Shown in pieces: positions 42,798 through 52,540 of a stretch of DNA of 64,000 bases. Source of the DNA: Roseateles agri (GTDB lineage: Bacteria > Pseudomonadota > Gammaproteobacteria > Burkholderiales > Burkholderiaceae_C); contig NZ_JAXCLA010000007.1 in assembly GCF_034043675.1 (NCBI RefSeq), forward strand, positions 452,547 through 516,546. Reading direction: 5' to 3'. Made by a program: the position numbers and the translations under genes. The notes beneath the pieces are model-generated. The model had not been told where the DNA came from. It searched no databases and worked only from the letters and a program-made list of their open reading frames with translations. How positions within the stretch are numbered: position 1 is the first letter of the stretch; every line of letters starts with the position of its first letter.

Positions 42798-43604
42798 ATG
42801 AAAATTCGCCTTGGATTCGAGATCGCGTACCAGTTGCCGCAGGCGACGCCAATGATCCTGGCGCTCAACGTCCATCACTCCAGGGTGGGCGACCTTGAGC
42901 GTCCGGACCATCTGATGACGAACCCGTCCGTCACGACCAGCGGTTACCGCGACCTCTTCGGCAACTGGTGCACGCGCCTGGTCGCGCCTGCAGGGCGCTT
43001 CGTCGTGAGCTCGGACACCGTGATCCGCGATGACGGCGCTCCGGATACCCTTGCCGCCGATGCGCCGCAGGTGCTCGTCGAACGCCTGCCCGAGTCGACG
43101 CTGCTCTACCTGCTCGGCAGCCGCTACTGCGAGACCGACCTGCTGTCCGACTTCGCCTGGAAGCAATTCGGCAGCGGCCCGACGGGTTGGCAACGCGTGC
43201 AGGCGGTTTGCGACTACGTCCACGAACACATCGAGTTCGGCTACCCGCATGCGCGGCGCACCCGGTCCGCTTTCGAGGCGTTCAACGAGGGGCAGGGTGT
43301 GTGCCGTGACTATGCCCACCTCGCTGTCACGCTGTGCCGCTGCCTGAACATCCCGGCACGCTACTGCACCGGCTACCTCGGAGACATCGGCGTGCCGCCA
43401 CCTCATGGGCCGATGGATTTCGCAGGATGGTTCGAGGCATTCCTAGGGGATCGCTGGTACACCTTCGACGCTCGCAACAACGTACCTCGCATCGGCCGCG
43501 TTTTGATGGGGAGAGGCCGCGATGCGAGTGACGTCGCGCTCTCGAATACCTTCGGGCCCAACGAACTGGATGGCTTCAAGGTCTGGTGCGATGAGGTGCA
43601 CTGA
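42798..43604 (+). CDS. transglutaminase-like superfamily protein (Bact_transglu_N + Cys-His-Asp core)
   Basis: Catalytic Cys motif GQGVCRDYAHL. Confidence 0.8.
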   Translation: MKIRLGFEIAYQLPQATPMILALNVHHSRVGDLERPDHLMTNPSVTTSGYRDLFGNWCTRLVAPAGRFVVSSDTVIRDDGAPDTLAADAPQVLVERLPESTLLYLLGSRYCETDLLSDFAWKQFGSGPTGWQRVQAVCDYVHEHIEFGYPHARRTRSAFEAFNEGQGVCRDYAHLAVTLCRCLNIPARYCTGYLGDIGVPPPHGPMDFAGWFEAFLGDRWYTFDARNNVPRIGRVLMGRGRDASDVALSNTFGPNELDGFKVWCDEVH

Positions 43605-44248
43605 TGGTGAAGCGCAGCTCAAATGGCACTCGTCCACCGAAGCCAAGGCCTGCGGACCAGATGGGTGTCTCGACGGCTGAGCGCGACGAGTTGCGACGCC
43701 AGGGCGCCAAGGCCGCTGCGCGCGGAGAGCATTCGATATCCAACCCGATGGGCGAGCACTCGAACATGCCGGGCTCCACAGGCGAGTCCGTGGACACATG
43801 GCAGCTCAGGAAGCGCGCCTGGCAACGCGGACACGACGCCCAATCCAGGGCCATTGACGCGGGGCGGGCAGACCCCGGTGCGCAAGCCGGTGCGGCCGAT
43901 GCGGCAAATGGCCGACGGCCGATCGTGGGCCCCGATGACTTGGCGGCGATAGCCGAAGACATTCGCAGAGCCCGGGCGACGCTCTCGGCCTTGCTGCGCA
44001 GTGACGAAGGCATTCGCAGCCTGGCCCGCCACACCCTTGGGAGCGACCTGGAGCGGCTGACGCGCAAGATCGAGGCGGCCGTCGCCGTGCAATGCACCTT
44101 GGGCGGGCATCTGATTTCTCCGGGCATCAGCATAGGAACGGCCATCTTCCCGGACGACGGCGATCAGGCGGAGGCGCTGGTACGCATTGCCGATGCGGCG
44201 ATGTACCGGGCCAAGCGCATCCGCCGCCTCGATAGTCTCCCGTCGTGA
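43604..44248 (+). CDS. hypothetical protein whose C terminus is a GGDEF-domain remnant (no GG[DE]EF active site)
   Basis: The C-terminal ~60 aa match the last GGDEF-domain strands and helix (...ISIGTAIFPDDGDQAEALVRIADAAMYRAKR). ATGA coupling to the transglutaminase gene. Confidence 0.5.
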   Translation: MVKRSSNGTRPPKPRPADQMGVSTAERDELRRQGAKAAARGEHSISNPMGEHSNMPGSTGESVDTWQLRKRAWQRGHDAQSRAIDAGRADPGAQAGAADAANGRRPIVGPDDLAAIAEDIRRARATLSALLRSDEGIRSLARHTLGSDLERLTRKIEAAVAVQCTLGGHLISPGISIGTAIFPDDGDQAEALVRIADAAMYRAKRIRRLDSLPS

Positions 44249-44263
44249 ATACGCTTGCCGAAC

Positions 44264-44860
44264 TCAGTGGCCGTCAGGCACGGTGCCATGCCAGCGGCGA
44301 ACGATGCGCTGGAAGAACAGGGTGTTCGGCAACTGCAGGCTCACGCCGCCGTGCTCGTCGCCGCTTTCCAGCAGGGTGGTGTAGACCAGATTGATGTCCA
44401 CCACGCGGCCCTTGACGCCTTCCTTCTCGCCGCCTTCCACCACTTCGACCACATCGCCGACCCGGAACGGCCGGGTGATGAAGATCAGCAGCGCGCAGAA
44501 CAGGTTCGACAGCACGCTCCACGCGGCGAAGAAGGCCACCGCCCCCACGGTCGCGAAGCCCGTGAACGCGGTCCACAGCACGGCGCCCGACACACCCATG
44601 CGCTCCAGCGCCCACAGCGATGCGCCGCCGTACACCACGAAGCCGATGACGCGCAGGAACAGCTCGGACAGCTTGACCGGCAGCGCGTACGTCGTCGTGA
44701 GGCGGCGGGTGAGATGGCGCGCGAAGCGCATTACCAGCCAGGCGAACAGGCCGATCAGCAGCACCTCGACGGCCGGCACGAAGATGTCCAGCCAATCGGC
44801 CGTCCATACGGGGAGCGAGTCGTGCAACGTCTGGAGGATCTTGTTCATGGCGGGAATCAT
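44264..44860 (-). CDS. small-conductance mechanosensitive channel (MscS family)
   Basis: Three TM helices plus the MscS beta domain. Confidence 0.8.
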   Translation of the reverse strand: MIPAMNKILQTLHDSLPVWTADWLDIFVPAVEVLLIGLFAWLVMRFARHLTRRLTTTYALPVKLSELFLRVIGFVVYGGASLWALERMGVSGAVLWTAFTGFATVGAVAFFAAWSVLSNLFCALLIFITRPFRVGDVVEVVEGGEKEGVKGRVVDINLVYTTLLESGDEHGGVSLQLPNTLFFQRIVRRWHGTVPDGH

Positions 44861-44885
44861 GCACCATCGAGTGCAGGTCTTGCCG

Positions 44886-46409
44886 TCAGATCAGGCCCAG
44901 CGTGAACGCCTTCAGTGTGGCTGCCGCGCGCGTCGAGCATTCGAGCTTGCGGAACACGCTTTCGATGTGCGTGCGCACGGTGCTGGGGCTGATCTCCAGC
45001 ACCCGGGCGACCTCCTTGTTGCTCTCGCCCAGGCTGATGCGCCGCAGCACATCCGCCTCGCGCGCTGACAGCGAGATCGCCGCCTTGGCTGGCGTGCGCG
45101 GCCGCGAGCCGGCCAGCGCCGCGAGGGCGGCTTCGACCACCTCCGCGTCGAAACGCCCTTGCGCCGCCTCGTCGCGAAGGACCTGAGCCGCGCCGGCGGC
45201 GTCGAAGGCGGGCCGCCAGGGTCGCGGCGAGCGCAGGGCGACCAGCGCGACCGCGGTCGCGATGATGCGATGCGGCACCGTCAGCGCCGCGGCGCTCAGG
45301 CTGCGGAAGTGTCCGGAGCCATCGAGGCGCTCGTAGGCGTACGAAGCCAGATCCGCCTCCGCCTTCAGCACCGGAATGTGGCTGGCTGCGCGGAAGGTCC
45401 AGTAAGGCATCAGCCGCACCCGCTCCCGGTCGGCCGCCGTCAGGCGCCCGGTTCGTTCCCAGAGGTGGTTGGGCAGGGCGGCGCGGCCTATGGCGTGGAT
45501 CAGGCCGGCTCGTTGCAGCAGCGCCTGCGTGTTCGCGTCGAGCCCCAACTGGGCCGCGGTGGCGGCGGCGCAGGCCGCCACCTGGCGGGATTGGCCTGCG
45601 AGCCAGGGCAGCTTGAGGTCGGCAACGTCGGCGATCAGTTCCAGCGGCACGTCGCGCCCAACCAGGGTCAGGTCTTGCGTAGGCCCCTGGGGCTGGTTTT
45701 CGTCGAGGGTCGCCAGCCATTGCGGCGCGGTGCGCTGCAGGCGCTGGACCAGCGGCGCCGGATATTTCTCGTCGGACAGGCTCGCGATCTTCTCGAGCGC
45801 GGCTTCCAGGCCGCGGGCCCGGCTCAGGATCTCCAGGTCGCTGGCGAGGGCCACGTGATAGACCACTGGCGGCACATCATCCGCCCTCAGCCTGCCCGGA
45901 TTGCCGCGGCCGTCCCAGGTCTCGAAGATATTGCGCAGGCCGGCCTCGACCTGGTCGTCCATGCCCAACTGGGAGGCGATCTCGCCGGACACCTCGCAGT
46001 GGATTTCCGCCAGCGGCACGATGGCCGCGGCGCGCTCCGCGTTGATCGGCAGGGTCATCTCGAACAGCGCGTCGCGCCCGGCCACGTCGTCGCCCAGCAA
46101 CTGGTCGAAGCCGGCGGCATTGGCCGTGCATCCCGACCAGCGCAGCAGCGAGACGTCGTGCGCGGACTGGCAGTCGCGGTCGGTGCCGCCGTCCTCCGCC
46201 GCCAGCCGGGCCGCGAGCCAGGCCGTGCGGTGCGAATGGTCGGTTGGACGGCCCATGCTCAGGTCGCCGATGAAGGCGAGGGCGAGCATGGCGTCGCGGA
46301 CGGCGATGCGGGCGGCGGGGCGTGGGTCGGTCGATCGACCGATACCGGCTGAGGGGGCGATTTCCGACACTGACTTCACGCGCTTCAAAGCGCGCTTCAA
46401 CAAAGCCAT
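44886..46409 (-). CDS. LuxR-family transcriptional regulator with N-terminal HD/HDOD-like domains
   Basis: C-terminal LuxR HTH (LSAREADVLRRISLGESNKEVARVLEISPSTVRTHIESVFRKL). An HD-like motif TDHSHRTAWLA is present. The start is uncertain: in-frame ATGs give 5' ends at 46448, 46433 or 46409, and the more internal ATG gives 46289. 46409 is chosen because the + strand hydrolase gene starts at 46432. Confidence 0.6.
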   Translation of the reverse strand: MALLKRALKRVKSVSEIAPSAGIGRSTDPRPAARIAVRDAMLALAFIGDLSMGRPTDHSHRTAWLAARLAAEDGGTDRDCQSAHDVSLLRWSGCTANAAGFDQLLGDDVAGRDALFEMTLPINAERAAAIVPLAEIHCEVSGEIASQLGMDDQVEAGLRNIFETWDGRGNPGRLRADDVPPVVYHVALASDLEILSRARGLEAALEKIASLSDEKYPAPLVQRLQRTAPQWLATLDENQPQGPTQDLTLVGRDVPLELIADVADLKLPWLAGQSRQVAACAAATAAQLGLDANTQALLQRAGLIHAIGRAALPNHLWERTGRLTAADRERVRLMPYWTFRAASHIPVLKAEADLASYAYERLDGSGHFRSLSAAALTVPHRIIATAVALVALRSPRPWRPAFDAAGAAQVLRDEAAQGRFDAEVVEAALAALAGSRPRTPAKAAISLSAREADVLRRISLGESNKEVARVLEISPSTVRTHIESVFRKLECSTRAAATLKAFTLGLI

Positions 46410-46431
46410 CAACTCTATCGGAGAAGCTCTC

Positions 46432-47196
46432 ATGAACACACGTCGCATCCTCTCCTCGCTCGCCCTCGGCACCGCGCTGCTGACGGGTGGCCATGCCGCT
46501 ATCGCCGCCGAACAGCCCTCGGTCGTCATCGTCCACGGCGCCTTCGCCGATGGTTCCGACTGGGCCAAGGTGATCCCGCTGCTGCAGGCCAAGGGCATCA
46601 AGGTGACCGCGGTGCAGAACGGCCTGGAATCGCTGGCCGGCGACGTGGCGACCACCCGCCGCGTCATCGACAACCAGAAGGGCAAGGTCGTACTGGTCGG
46701 CCACTCCTGGGGCGGATCGGTGATCACCGATGCCGGCCAGGACGACAAGGTCTCCGCGCTGGTCTACGTGGCCGCCTTCGCGCTGGACGCAGGCCAGTCC
46801 ACCGCCGAGGCTGGCAAGGACTACCCGACGCCTCCCGGCATCACCAAGCTGGTGGCCGATTCGAAGGGCTACCTGTCACTGCCGCCGGAAGCCCTGGCCG
46901 AAGACTTTGCCCAGGACGTGCCCGCCGCCCAGGCTGCCGTGATGGCGGCCACGCAAGGCCCGATCCAGGCCAAGGCCTTCGGGGACAAGGCCACCGGCGC
47001 GGCCTGGAAGACCCGCTCGTCCTGGTACATCGTCGCGTCGGAAGACCGCATGATCCCGCCGGATCTGGAGCGTGCGATGGCCAAGAAGATCGGCGCCAAG
47101 GTCAGCACCCTGCCGACCAGCCACGTGCCGCAGCAGTCGCGCCCTGCGGACGTGGCCGCGGTGATCATCGATGCGGTGAACGCCAGCACGAAGTAA
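46432..47196 (+). CDS. secreted alpha/beta hydrolase
   Basis: Signal peptide. GHSWGG nucleophile elbow. Confidence 0.8.
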   Translation: MNTRRILSSLALGTALLTGGHAAIAAEQPSVVIVHGAFADGSDWAKVIPLLQAKGIKVTAVQNGLESLAGDVATTRRVIDNQKGKVVLVGHSWGGSVITDAGQDDKVSALVYVAAFALDAGQSTAEAGKDYPTPPGITKLVADSKGYLSLPPEALAEDFAQDVPAAQAAVMAATQGPIQAKAFGDKATGAAWKTRSSWYIVASEDRMIPPDLERAMAKKIGAKVSTLPTSHVPQQSRPADVAAVIIDAVNASTK

Positions 47197-47297
47197 TCAT
47201 CTTTGCTGGCATGCAATAGGATGCCCGCTTAGATCCAGAGGCCGGGCTCGCGCTGAAACCGCGAGCCCGGCACATTACTTTCCGGGCGGGACGAATC

Positions 47298-48269
47298 ATG
47301 GACAAACTGGGGGCGATGGAGGCGTTCGTGCGCGTCGTGAAGGCTGGCAACTTCAGCCGTGCCGCGGAGTCGATGGGCATTGCCAAGGCTTCGTTGACGC
47401 GGCAGGTCCAGATGCTGGAGGCGGAAGTGCGCACGCCGCTGCTGAACCGCACGACCCGCCGGATGACGATGACCGAGGCCGGCACCGCCTACTACGAGCG
47501 CGCGGTGCAGGTGCTGGCGGACATCGAGGAGATGGAAGGCAGCATCCTCGACGACGTGAAGGCGACGCCGCGGGGCCGGCTGCGGGTCGATGTGGGCGCC
47601 ACCGTCGGGCACTTTCTGATCATTCCGGCGTTGGCCGAGTTCCATCGCAAGTATCCGGACATCACGATCGACCTGGGTGTGTCGGACCGGCCGGTGGACC
47701 TGATCGGCGACAACGTCGATTGCGTGATCCGCGGCGGCGAAGTGACGGACCAATCGGTCATCGCCCGCAACCTGGGGCGCCTGAGCATGGTGATCGCCGT
47801 CTCGCCCGAGTACGCGAAGGAGCACGGCCTGCCTACCGATCCGGAAGACCTGGAGCATCAGCATCGGGTGGTGAACTACTTCTCCCATCGCACCGGCCGC
47901 ACCGATGCCTGGCGCCTGGAGCGCGACGGCGAGATGACGGAGTTCAGGCCCCGGCACGTGCTGGCCATCAACGACTCCACCTCCAACATCCTGGCGGGTC
48001 TCAATGGGCTCGGGGTGATCCGGACGACCACGGTGGCGGCGTCCAGCTATCTGCAGTCGGGCCGGCTGCTGCGCGTGCTGCCGGAATGGACGGTGCCAGC
48101 GCTGCCGATCCACATCGTCTATCCGTCCAACCGCAGGCACGGCGCGCGCCTGCGCGTCTTCGTGGACTGGATCGTGGAACTCTTCCGGCAGACGGAGGAG
48201 ACGCTGCGCAAGCATTCGCTATCCCTGGCGGATCGCCGGGAAGTGCCGAGCGCGAGGACGCTCGGCTGA
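47298..48269 (+). CDS. LysR family transcriptional regulator
   Basis: N-terminal LysR HTH. Confidence 0.85.
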   Translation: MDKLGAMEAFVRVVKAGNFSRAAESMGIAKASLTRQVQMLEAEVRTPLLNRTTRRMTMTEAGTAYYERAVQVLADIEEMEGSILDDVKATPRGRLRVDVGATVGHFLIIPALAEFHRKYPDITIDLGVSDRPVDLIGDNVDCVIRGGEVTDQSVIARNLGRLSMVIAVSPEYAKEHGLPTDPEDLEHQHRVVNYFSHRTGRTDAWRLERDGEMTEFRPRHVLAINDSTSNILAGLNGLGVIRTTTVAASSYLQSGRLLRVLPEWTVPALPIHIVYPSNRRHGARLRVFVDWIVELFRQTEETLRKHSLSLADRREVPSARTLG

Positions 48270-48455
48270 TCAGCGTCGGGCGATCAGGCGCTCGGCCTGG
48301 CCCTGGGAGAACTGAGGGCTGCTACCGGCTCCTTCCGGCGCCACTGCTGCCGATGCGCTGCCGGCAGGGGCGGGGAGCGTGAGCGCCACGTAACACCAGG
48401 CGCCCACGACCGACAGGCTGACGACGATTTCGGCGAGCAGCTTCACGGGCAGGAC

Positions 48456-48824
48456 TCACTCGGCGTTGGTCACCGCGGCGGCGCGTGCTGCGGGCACGTC
48501 GTTGCCGATCGACTTCGCATAGGCTTGCAGTGCGTTCAGCTGGGCCTTCGGTGCTTCGAGGGCGACGCTGGCGTAGCGTTGTTGCTCGCCGACTTGCGAA
48601 GCAGCGGCCAGCGCGTCTTGCTTCGTCGCGCCGTTGTTGATCAGGTACTGGGCGTAGGAGCCGGCCACCAGCGTCGTGCGGCTTGCTGCGGCGGGTGCGG
48701 CAACGGTGGAGTCACCCAGCACGGCGCCGCGGTATTGGTCGTAGCTCGATGCGCTGGCCGGGGCGGCGCCCAGCAGCGAGGCGGTGGAGATCAGGGCAGC
48801 AGCGATGGTCAGAACGGTTTTCAT
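48456..48824 (-). CDS. secreted hypothetical protein (122 aa)
   Basis: Signal peptide MKTVLTIAAALISTASLLGAAPASA. Confidence 0.6.
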   Translation of the reverse strand: MKTVLTIAAALISTASLLGAAPASASSYDQYRGAVLGDSTVAAPAAASRTTLVAGSYAQYLINNGATKQDALAAASQVGEQQRYASVALEAPKAQLNALQAYAKSIGNDVPAARAAAVTNAE

Positions 48825-49014
48825 GATCAGATCCTTTCGGTTGGTGCTTCGGACTCCGCACTTGCTTCGTCCATGGGCTGAACTCTAGGACTGATGGCTC
48901 CGGGTAAACACTAGGCGCGGCCGAATGCATCGTTCAACAAATCCGAAAGATGAAAAAACGCCGCCCGGCGACTGGCCGGGCGGCGTTTGCATGGGCTTCG
49001 ATCGATGCGAATGC

Positions 49015-49440
49015 CTAGGCCATGGCCAAGTGCTCCAGCGGCAGCAGCCTCGAATCCTCCAGCGCAGCCGTCCTGTGACCGAGCCCGGCCAGGTAGGCCT
49101 CATGCGAGGCGAAGGCCATGAAGGCCGCGGCGGACGACTGCTGCACCAGCAGCGCGGCATCCCAGCGCTCGTGCTGCGGCCCGATCAGGAAGTGGCCGCC
49201 CCGGCCGAAGAAGAGCACGCGGCCTCCCGAGGCCTCCAGATGGGGCAGCGTCTCGCGCATGTAGATCAGGTAGGCCGCCTCGCCGGTGATCGGCGCTGCC
49301 GGCGCGAGATGCGGGCTCGCGGCGTAGTCCGCAAGGGCGCGATACCTGAGCAGGTTCAGCATCACGACGGGGCCGACGATGCCGCGCATGAAGAAGGCAC
49401 GACCGGCCTCCTGGGTCGGTTCCAGATAGGCGGCTGTCAT
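49015..49440 (-). CDS. DUF1330 family protein
   Basis: Similarity pattern of the ~140-aa DUF1330 family. Start MTAAYLEP. Confidence 0.6.
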   Translation of the reverse strand: MTAAYLEPTQEAGRAFFMRGIVGPVVMLNLLRYRALADYAASPHLAPAAPITGEAAYLIYMRETLPHLEASGGRVLFFGRGGHFLIGPQHERWDAALLVQQSSAAAFMAFASHEAYLAGLGHRTAALEDSRLLPLEHLAMA

Positions 49441-49883
49441 GCCTCCTCCACCAGCAGGACGGCCTGGCCGCCAACCTCCACGACCCGACCGCCGAGCACC
49501 GGGACCTGGGCTTCGGCCTCCGCGCGCGAGGAGAACCACGGGTTGAGGTGGCCGGCCTTGCTTCGGAGCAGATCGAAGTGGGTCAGTTGAGCCTCGTCCA
49601 TCGAAGTCAATGCACGGCTGTACTGTTCCCAGCTCCGAAAGCCCGATTCGACGGCCAGCATCAGCAGCACGTGCTTGCGCTGGACGATGGCCCGCTGGCG
49701 GAACAGCTCGGGCAGCGACAGGCCACGCAAGGCGCGTGTGGTCAGCAGGCGGCGCAGTACCGGCAGCGAGTTCGCGAGCGACTCCGAAGCGGCTGCGCGG
49801 TGCAGCGTCCTGGCCAGTGAACGAACGAGGTCCGCCGCGGTGAGGCGAGCCGCAGGCGAATGGTTAGGGGAGGCGAAATGCAT
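49437..49883 (-). CDS. hypothetical protein (148 aa)
   Basis: ATGA coupling to the DUF1330 gene. The upstream extension was rejected. Confidence 0.45.
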   Translation of the reverse strand: MHFASPNHSPAARLTAADLVRSLARTLHRAAASESLANSLPVLRRLLTTRALRGLSLPELFRQRAIVQRKHVLLMLAVESGFRSWEQYSRALTSMDEAQLTHFDLLRSKAGHLNPWFSSRAEAEAQVPVLGGRVVEVGGQAVLLVEEA

Positions 49884-50014
49884 ACCAAGTCCTCTGGATG
49901 CGGCCCACTCGCTGATGGCCGAAGGATGGTATGCAAGCAGGGTGCTTGCGGATGAGCGGTGCCAATGCTTTCGCGAGACGGGCGCCCGGTGAGCCCGGCG
50001 GCGATTGTATGGGG

Positions 50015-52147
50015 CTAGGCCTCGTCCACCCGGATCACCTCCGCGGCAGCCCGCAGATAGGCCAGCGCTGCCTCGGGGTTGCGCGCGCGCTGGGCGACTT
50101 CCTCCAGCGAGCCGTCGCGGCGCAGTGCCTTGTTGAGTTCGGCCACCTCGTCGTCGCCCAGGGCGCGGGCTGCGTCGAGCGCCTGCATCAGGTCGAGCAG
50201 GCCGCCGCGCTTGGGGCGCGAGACGTCGGGGCACAGCTGGCGCATCAGCGCCGGCTGCGTGCGCAGTGCGTCGGCCAGCGCCAGCGCTTCACGGTCGCGC
50301 AGCGGTGCAAGGCGGCCGGTGCCGTGCAGCAGCATCGGCGCCAGTGCGCGCAGCAGGCGCGAGGGCAGGTTGGCGTACAGATCACGCAGCAGGGTCGCGG
50401 CCGCGTGCAGTTGCAGGCGGATCGCCGCGCGCGCCACCGGCAGCAGGGCGGGCTCCTTGTCGACCTCGTAGCGCCACACGCAGGCGGCGGCGAGGTAGAG
50501 CGCGGCGAGGGCATCACCCAGGCGCGCCGACAGCAATTCCATGCGCTTGAGCTTGCCGCCGAGCAGGCCCATGGCGAGATCGGCGGTGAGCGCGTAGCGG
50601 GCCGACAGCGAGGCGATGAGCCGTGCCTCGGCGCGCAGGTCGGCCGGCGGGTTGCCATGCAAAGGCGCGCCCGCAAGGCTGCGCCAGAGGTTGCGCAAGA
50701 CATGACCCCCGTGGCCCAGCAGGGCGCGGCCCAGGCGCTCGGGGTCCTGGGCCTGCACGGCCTGCATCTCTTCCAGCACGAAGGGGTGGCAGCGGGTCGC
50801 GCCCTGGCCGAAGATGATCAGCGCCCGCGACAGCAGGTTGGCGCCTTCCACGGTGATGGCGATGGGCGCATGGCGGTAGGCCACGCCCAGCAGGTTGCGC
50901 GGGCCGGAGATGATGCCCTTGCCGCCCAGAACGTCCATGCCCTCGTTGACGGCGCTGCGACCTGCCTCGGTGAGCTGCACCTTCAGGATGGCGCTGGCGA
51001 CGCTGGGGCGCTCGCCGGCATCGAGCGCGGCGGCGGTGTAGCGCCGCGCGGCGTCGGTGGCGTAGAGCCGCGCGGCCATCTGCGCGGTGATGCCCGCGAT
51101 GGCGTGAAAGCGCCCGATCGGCAGGCCGAACTGCTGGCGCACCTGCCCATAGCCGTTGACCACGAACAGCGCCGTCTGCTGCATCGCCGCGCCCAGTGCC
51201 GGCAGCGAGATCGCGCGGCCGGCGGCCAAGCATTCCATCAGCATGCGCCAGTCCTGGCCGATGCGCTCCTCGCCGCCGATCACCCAGTCCATCGGCACGA
51301 AGACGTCCTCGCCGCGAATCGGCCCGTTCATGAAGGCCGAGTCCATCGGCCGGTGGCGGTGGCCGATCTCCATGCCCGGCGTGGGCACGGGCAGCAGCGC
51401 GCAGGTGATGCCTAGCTCCTGCTGCCCCTCGGGCCGCGAGGGATCGATCGCCTGGAAGGCCAGGCCCACGACGCTCGCCACCGGCGCAAGCGTGATGTAG
51501 CGCTTGTCGAAACGCACGCTGAAGCCGCGCACCGTGCGGCCGTCAATGGTCCGCTCCGTCAACACGCCGCGGTCCGGAATGGCCGCAGCGTCGAAGCCGG
51601 CGTAGGGCGAGGTCAGGCCGAAACACGGCAGCTCGCGGCCGTCGGCCAGCCGCGGCAGGTAGTGCTGCTGCTGAGCCGGCGTGCCGTAGCGCAGCAGCAG
51701 CTCGGCCGGGCCCAGCGAGTTCGGCACCATCACCGTGACCGCGCAGGCGGTGTTGACGGTGGCGATGCGCGTCACCACCTCGGCGTGCGCGTAGTGGCTG
51801 AAGCCGAGGCCGCCATACTCCTTCGGAATGATCATCCCGAAGAAGCGGCGCTCGCGCAGATAGGTCCACACCTCCGGCGGCAGATCGCCGGCCTCGTCGA
51901 TCGCATGGTCGTCGAGCATGCCGATCAGCGGGGTCACCTCTTGCTCGAGGAAACGGCGCTCGTCGTCCGTGAGCCGGTTGGGCCCGCGCGAGATCAGCGC
52001 ACCGAAGTCCGGCTGGCCGGCGAACAACTGACCCTCGAAGCCGACCGTGCCGGCCTCCAGTGCCGCCCGCTCGGTATCGCCCATAGCGGGCAGAGCCTTC
52101 GAGAACGGCGCCATCGCCAGGCGCCCGAGGAGTCGATGCAGTCCCAT
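50015..52147 (-). CDS. fadE: large acyl-CoA dehydrogenase (FadE type)
   Basis: Acyl-CoA dehydrogenase middle and C-terminal domains plus the FadE-specific C-terminal extension. Confidence 0.85.
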   Translation of the reverse strand: MGLHRLLGRLAMAPFSKALPAMGDTERAALEAGTVGFEGQLFAGQPDFGALISRGPNRLTDDERRFLEQEVTPLIGMLDDHAIDEAGDLPPEVWTYLRERRFFGMIIPKEYGGLGFSHYAHAEVVTRIATVNTACAVTVMVPNSLGPAELLLRYGTPAQQQHYLPRLADGRELPCFGLTSPYAGFDAAAIPDRGVLTERTIDGRTVRGFSVRFDKRYITLAPVASVVGLAFQAIDPSRPEGQQELGITCALLPVPTPGMEIGHRHRPMDSAFMNGPIRGEDVFVPMDWVIGGEERIGQDWRMLMECLAAGRAISLPALGAAMQQTALFVVNGYGQVRQQFGLPIGRFHAIAGITAQMAARLYATDAARRYTAAALDAGERPSVASAILKVQLTEAGRSAVNEGMDVLGGKGIISGPRNLLGVAYRHAPIAITVEGANLLSRALIIFGQGATRCHPFVLEEMQAVQAQDPERLGRALLGHGGHVLRNLWRSLAGAPLHGNPPADLRAEARLIASLSARYALTADLAMGLLGGKLKRMELLSARLGDALAALYLAAACVWRYEVDKEPALLPVARAAIRLQLHAAATLLRDLYANLPSRLLRALAPMLLHGTGRLAPLRDREALALADALRTQPALMRQLCPDVSRPKRGGLLDLMQALDAARALGDDEVAELNKALRRDGSLEEVAQRARNPEAALAYLRAAAEVIRVDEA

Positions 52148-52251
52148 GCGTCGAGGCTAGGCCCTCGTGACTACCGGCAACGCCAGCCTAGGGCGCGCTC
52201 TGACGTAGGACTCAAGGCCGCCGTGGACTGGTCGACGCTTCTGATCTGGAG

Positions 52252-52325
52252 TGGAGCGGGTGATGGGAATCGAACCCACGTAGTCAGCTTGGGAAGCTGA
52301 AGTTCTACCATTGAACTACACCCGC
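52252..52325 (-). tRNA. tRNA-Gly(CCC)
   Basis: Reverse complement GCGGGTGTAGTTCAATGGTAGAAC-TTCAGC-TTCCCAA-GCTGA-...GGGTTCGATTCCC...CACCCGCTCCA. Confidence 0.9.
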
Positions 52326-52540
52326 ACTTGCATTTCCCGTTGCAGATCAACGGGTTAGGCGTCAAGTCCTTGATTCAGCGTAGGTTTTTACACCTGCGGG
52401 CCAAAATCTACTACCTGTCCGGACTTGTCCGTAACAGGGGGCTCTTGTCGCCTTGGCGTAGCATTGGCGTAACTTTTTTGAGGGCCGGCTCCCAGGTCCG
52501 GAAAGTTACGCCGCTGCGGCGCCGGGACGAGTATAGGGCG

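Noticed and set aside
46289-46448. Longer N-terminal extensions of the LuxR-type regulator up to 46748
   Set aside because: They would overlap the divergent hydrolase gene start at 46432. An internal Met (46409 or 46289) is more plausible, though the start remains uncertain.
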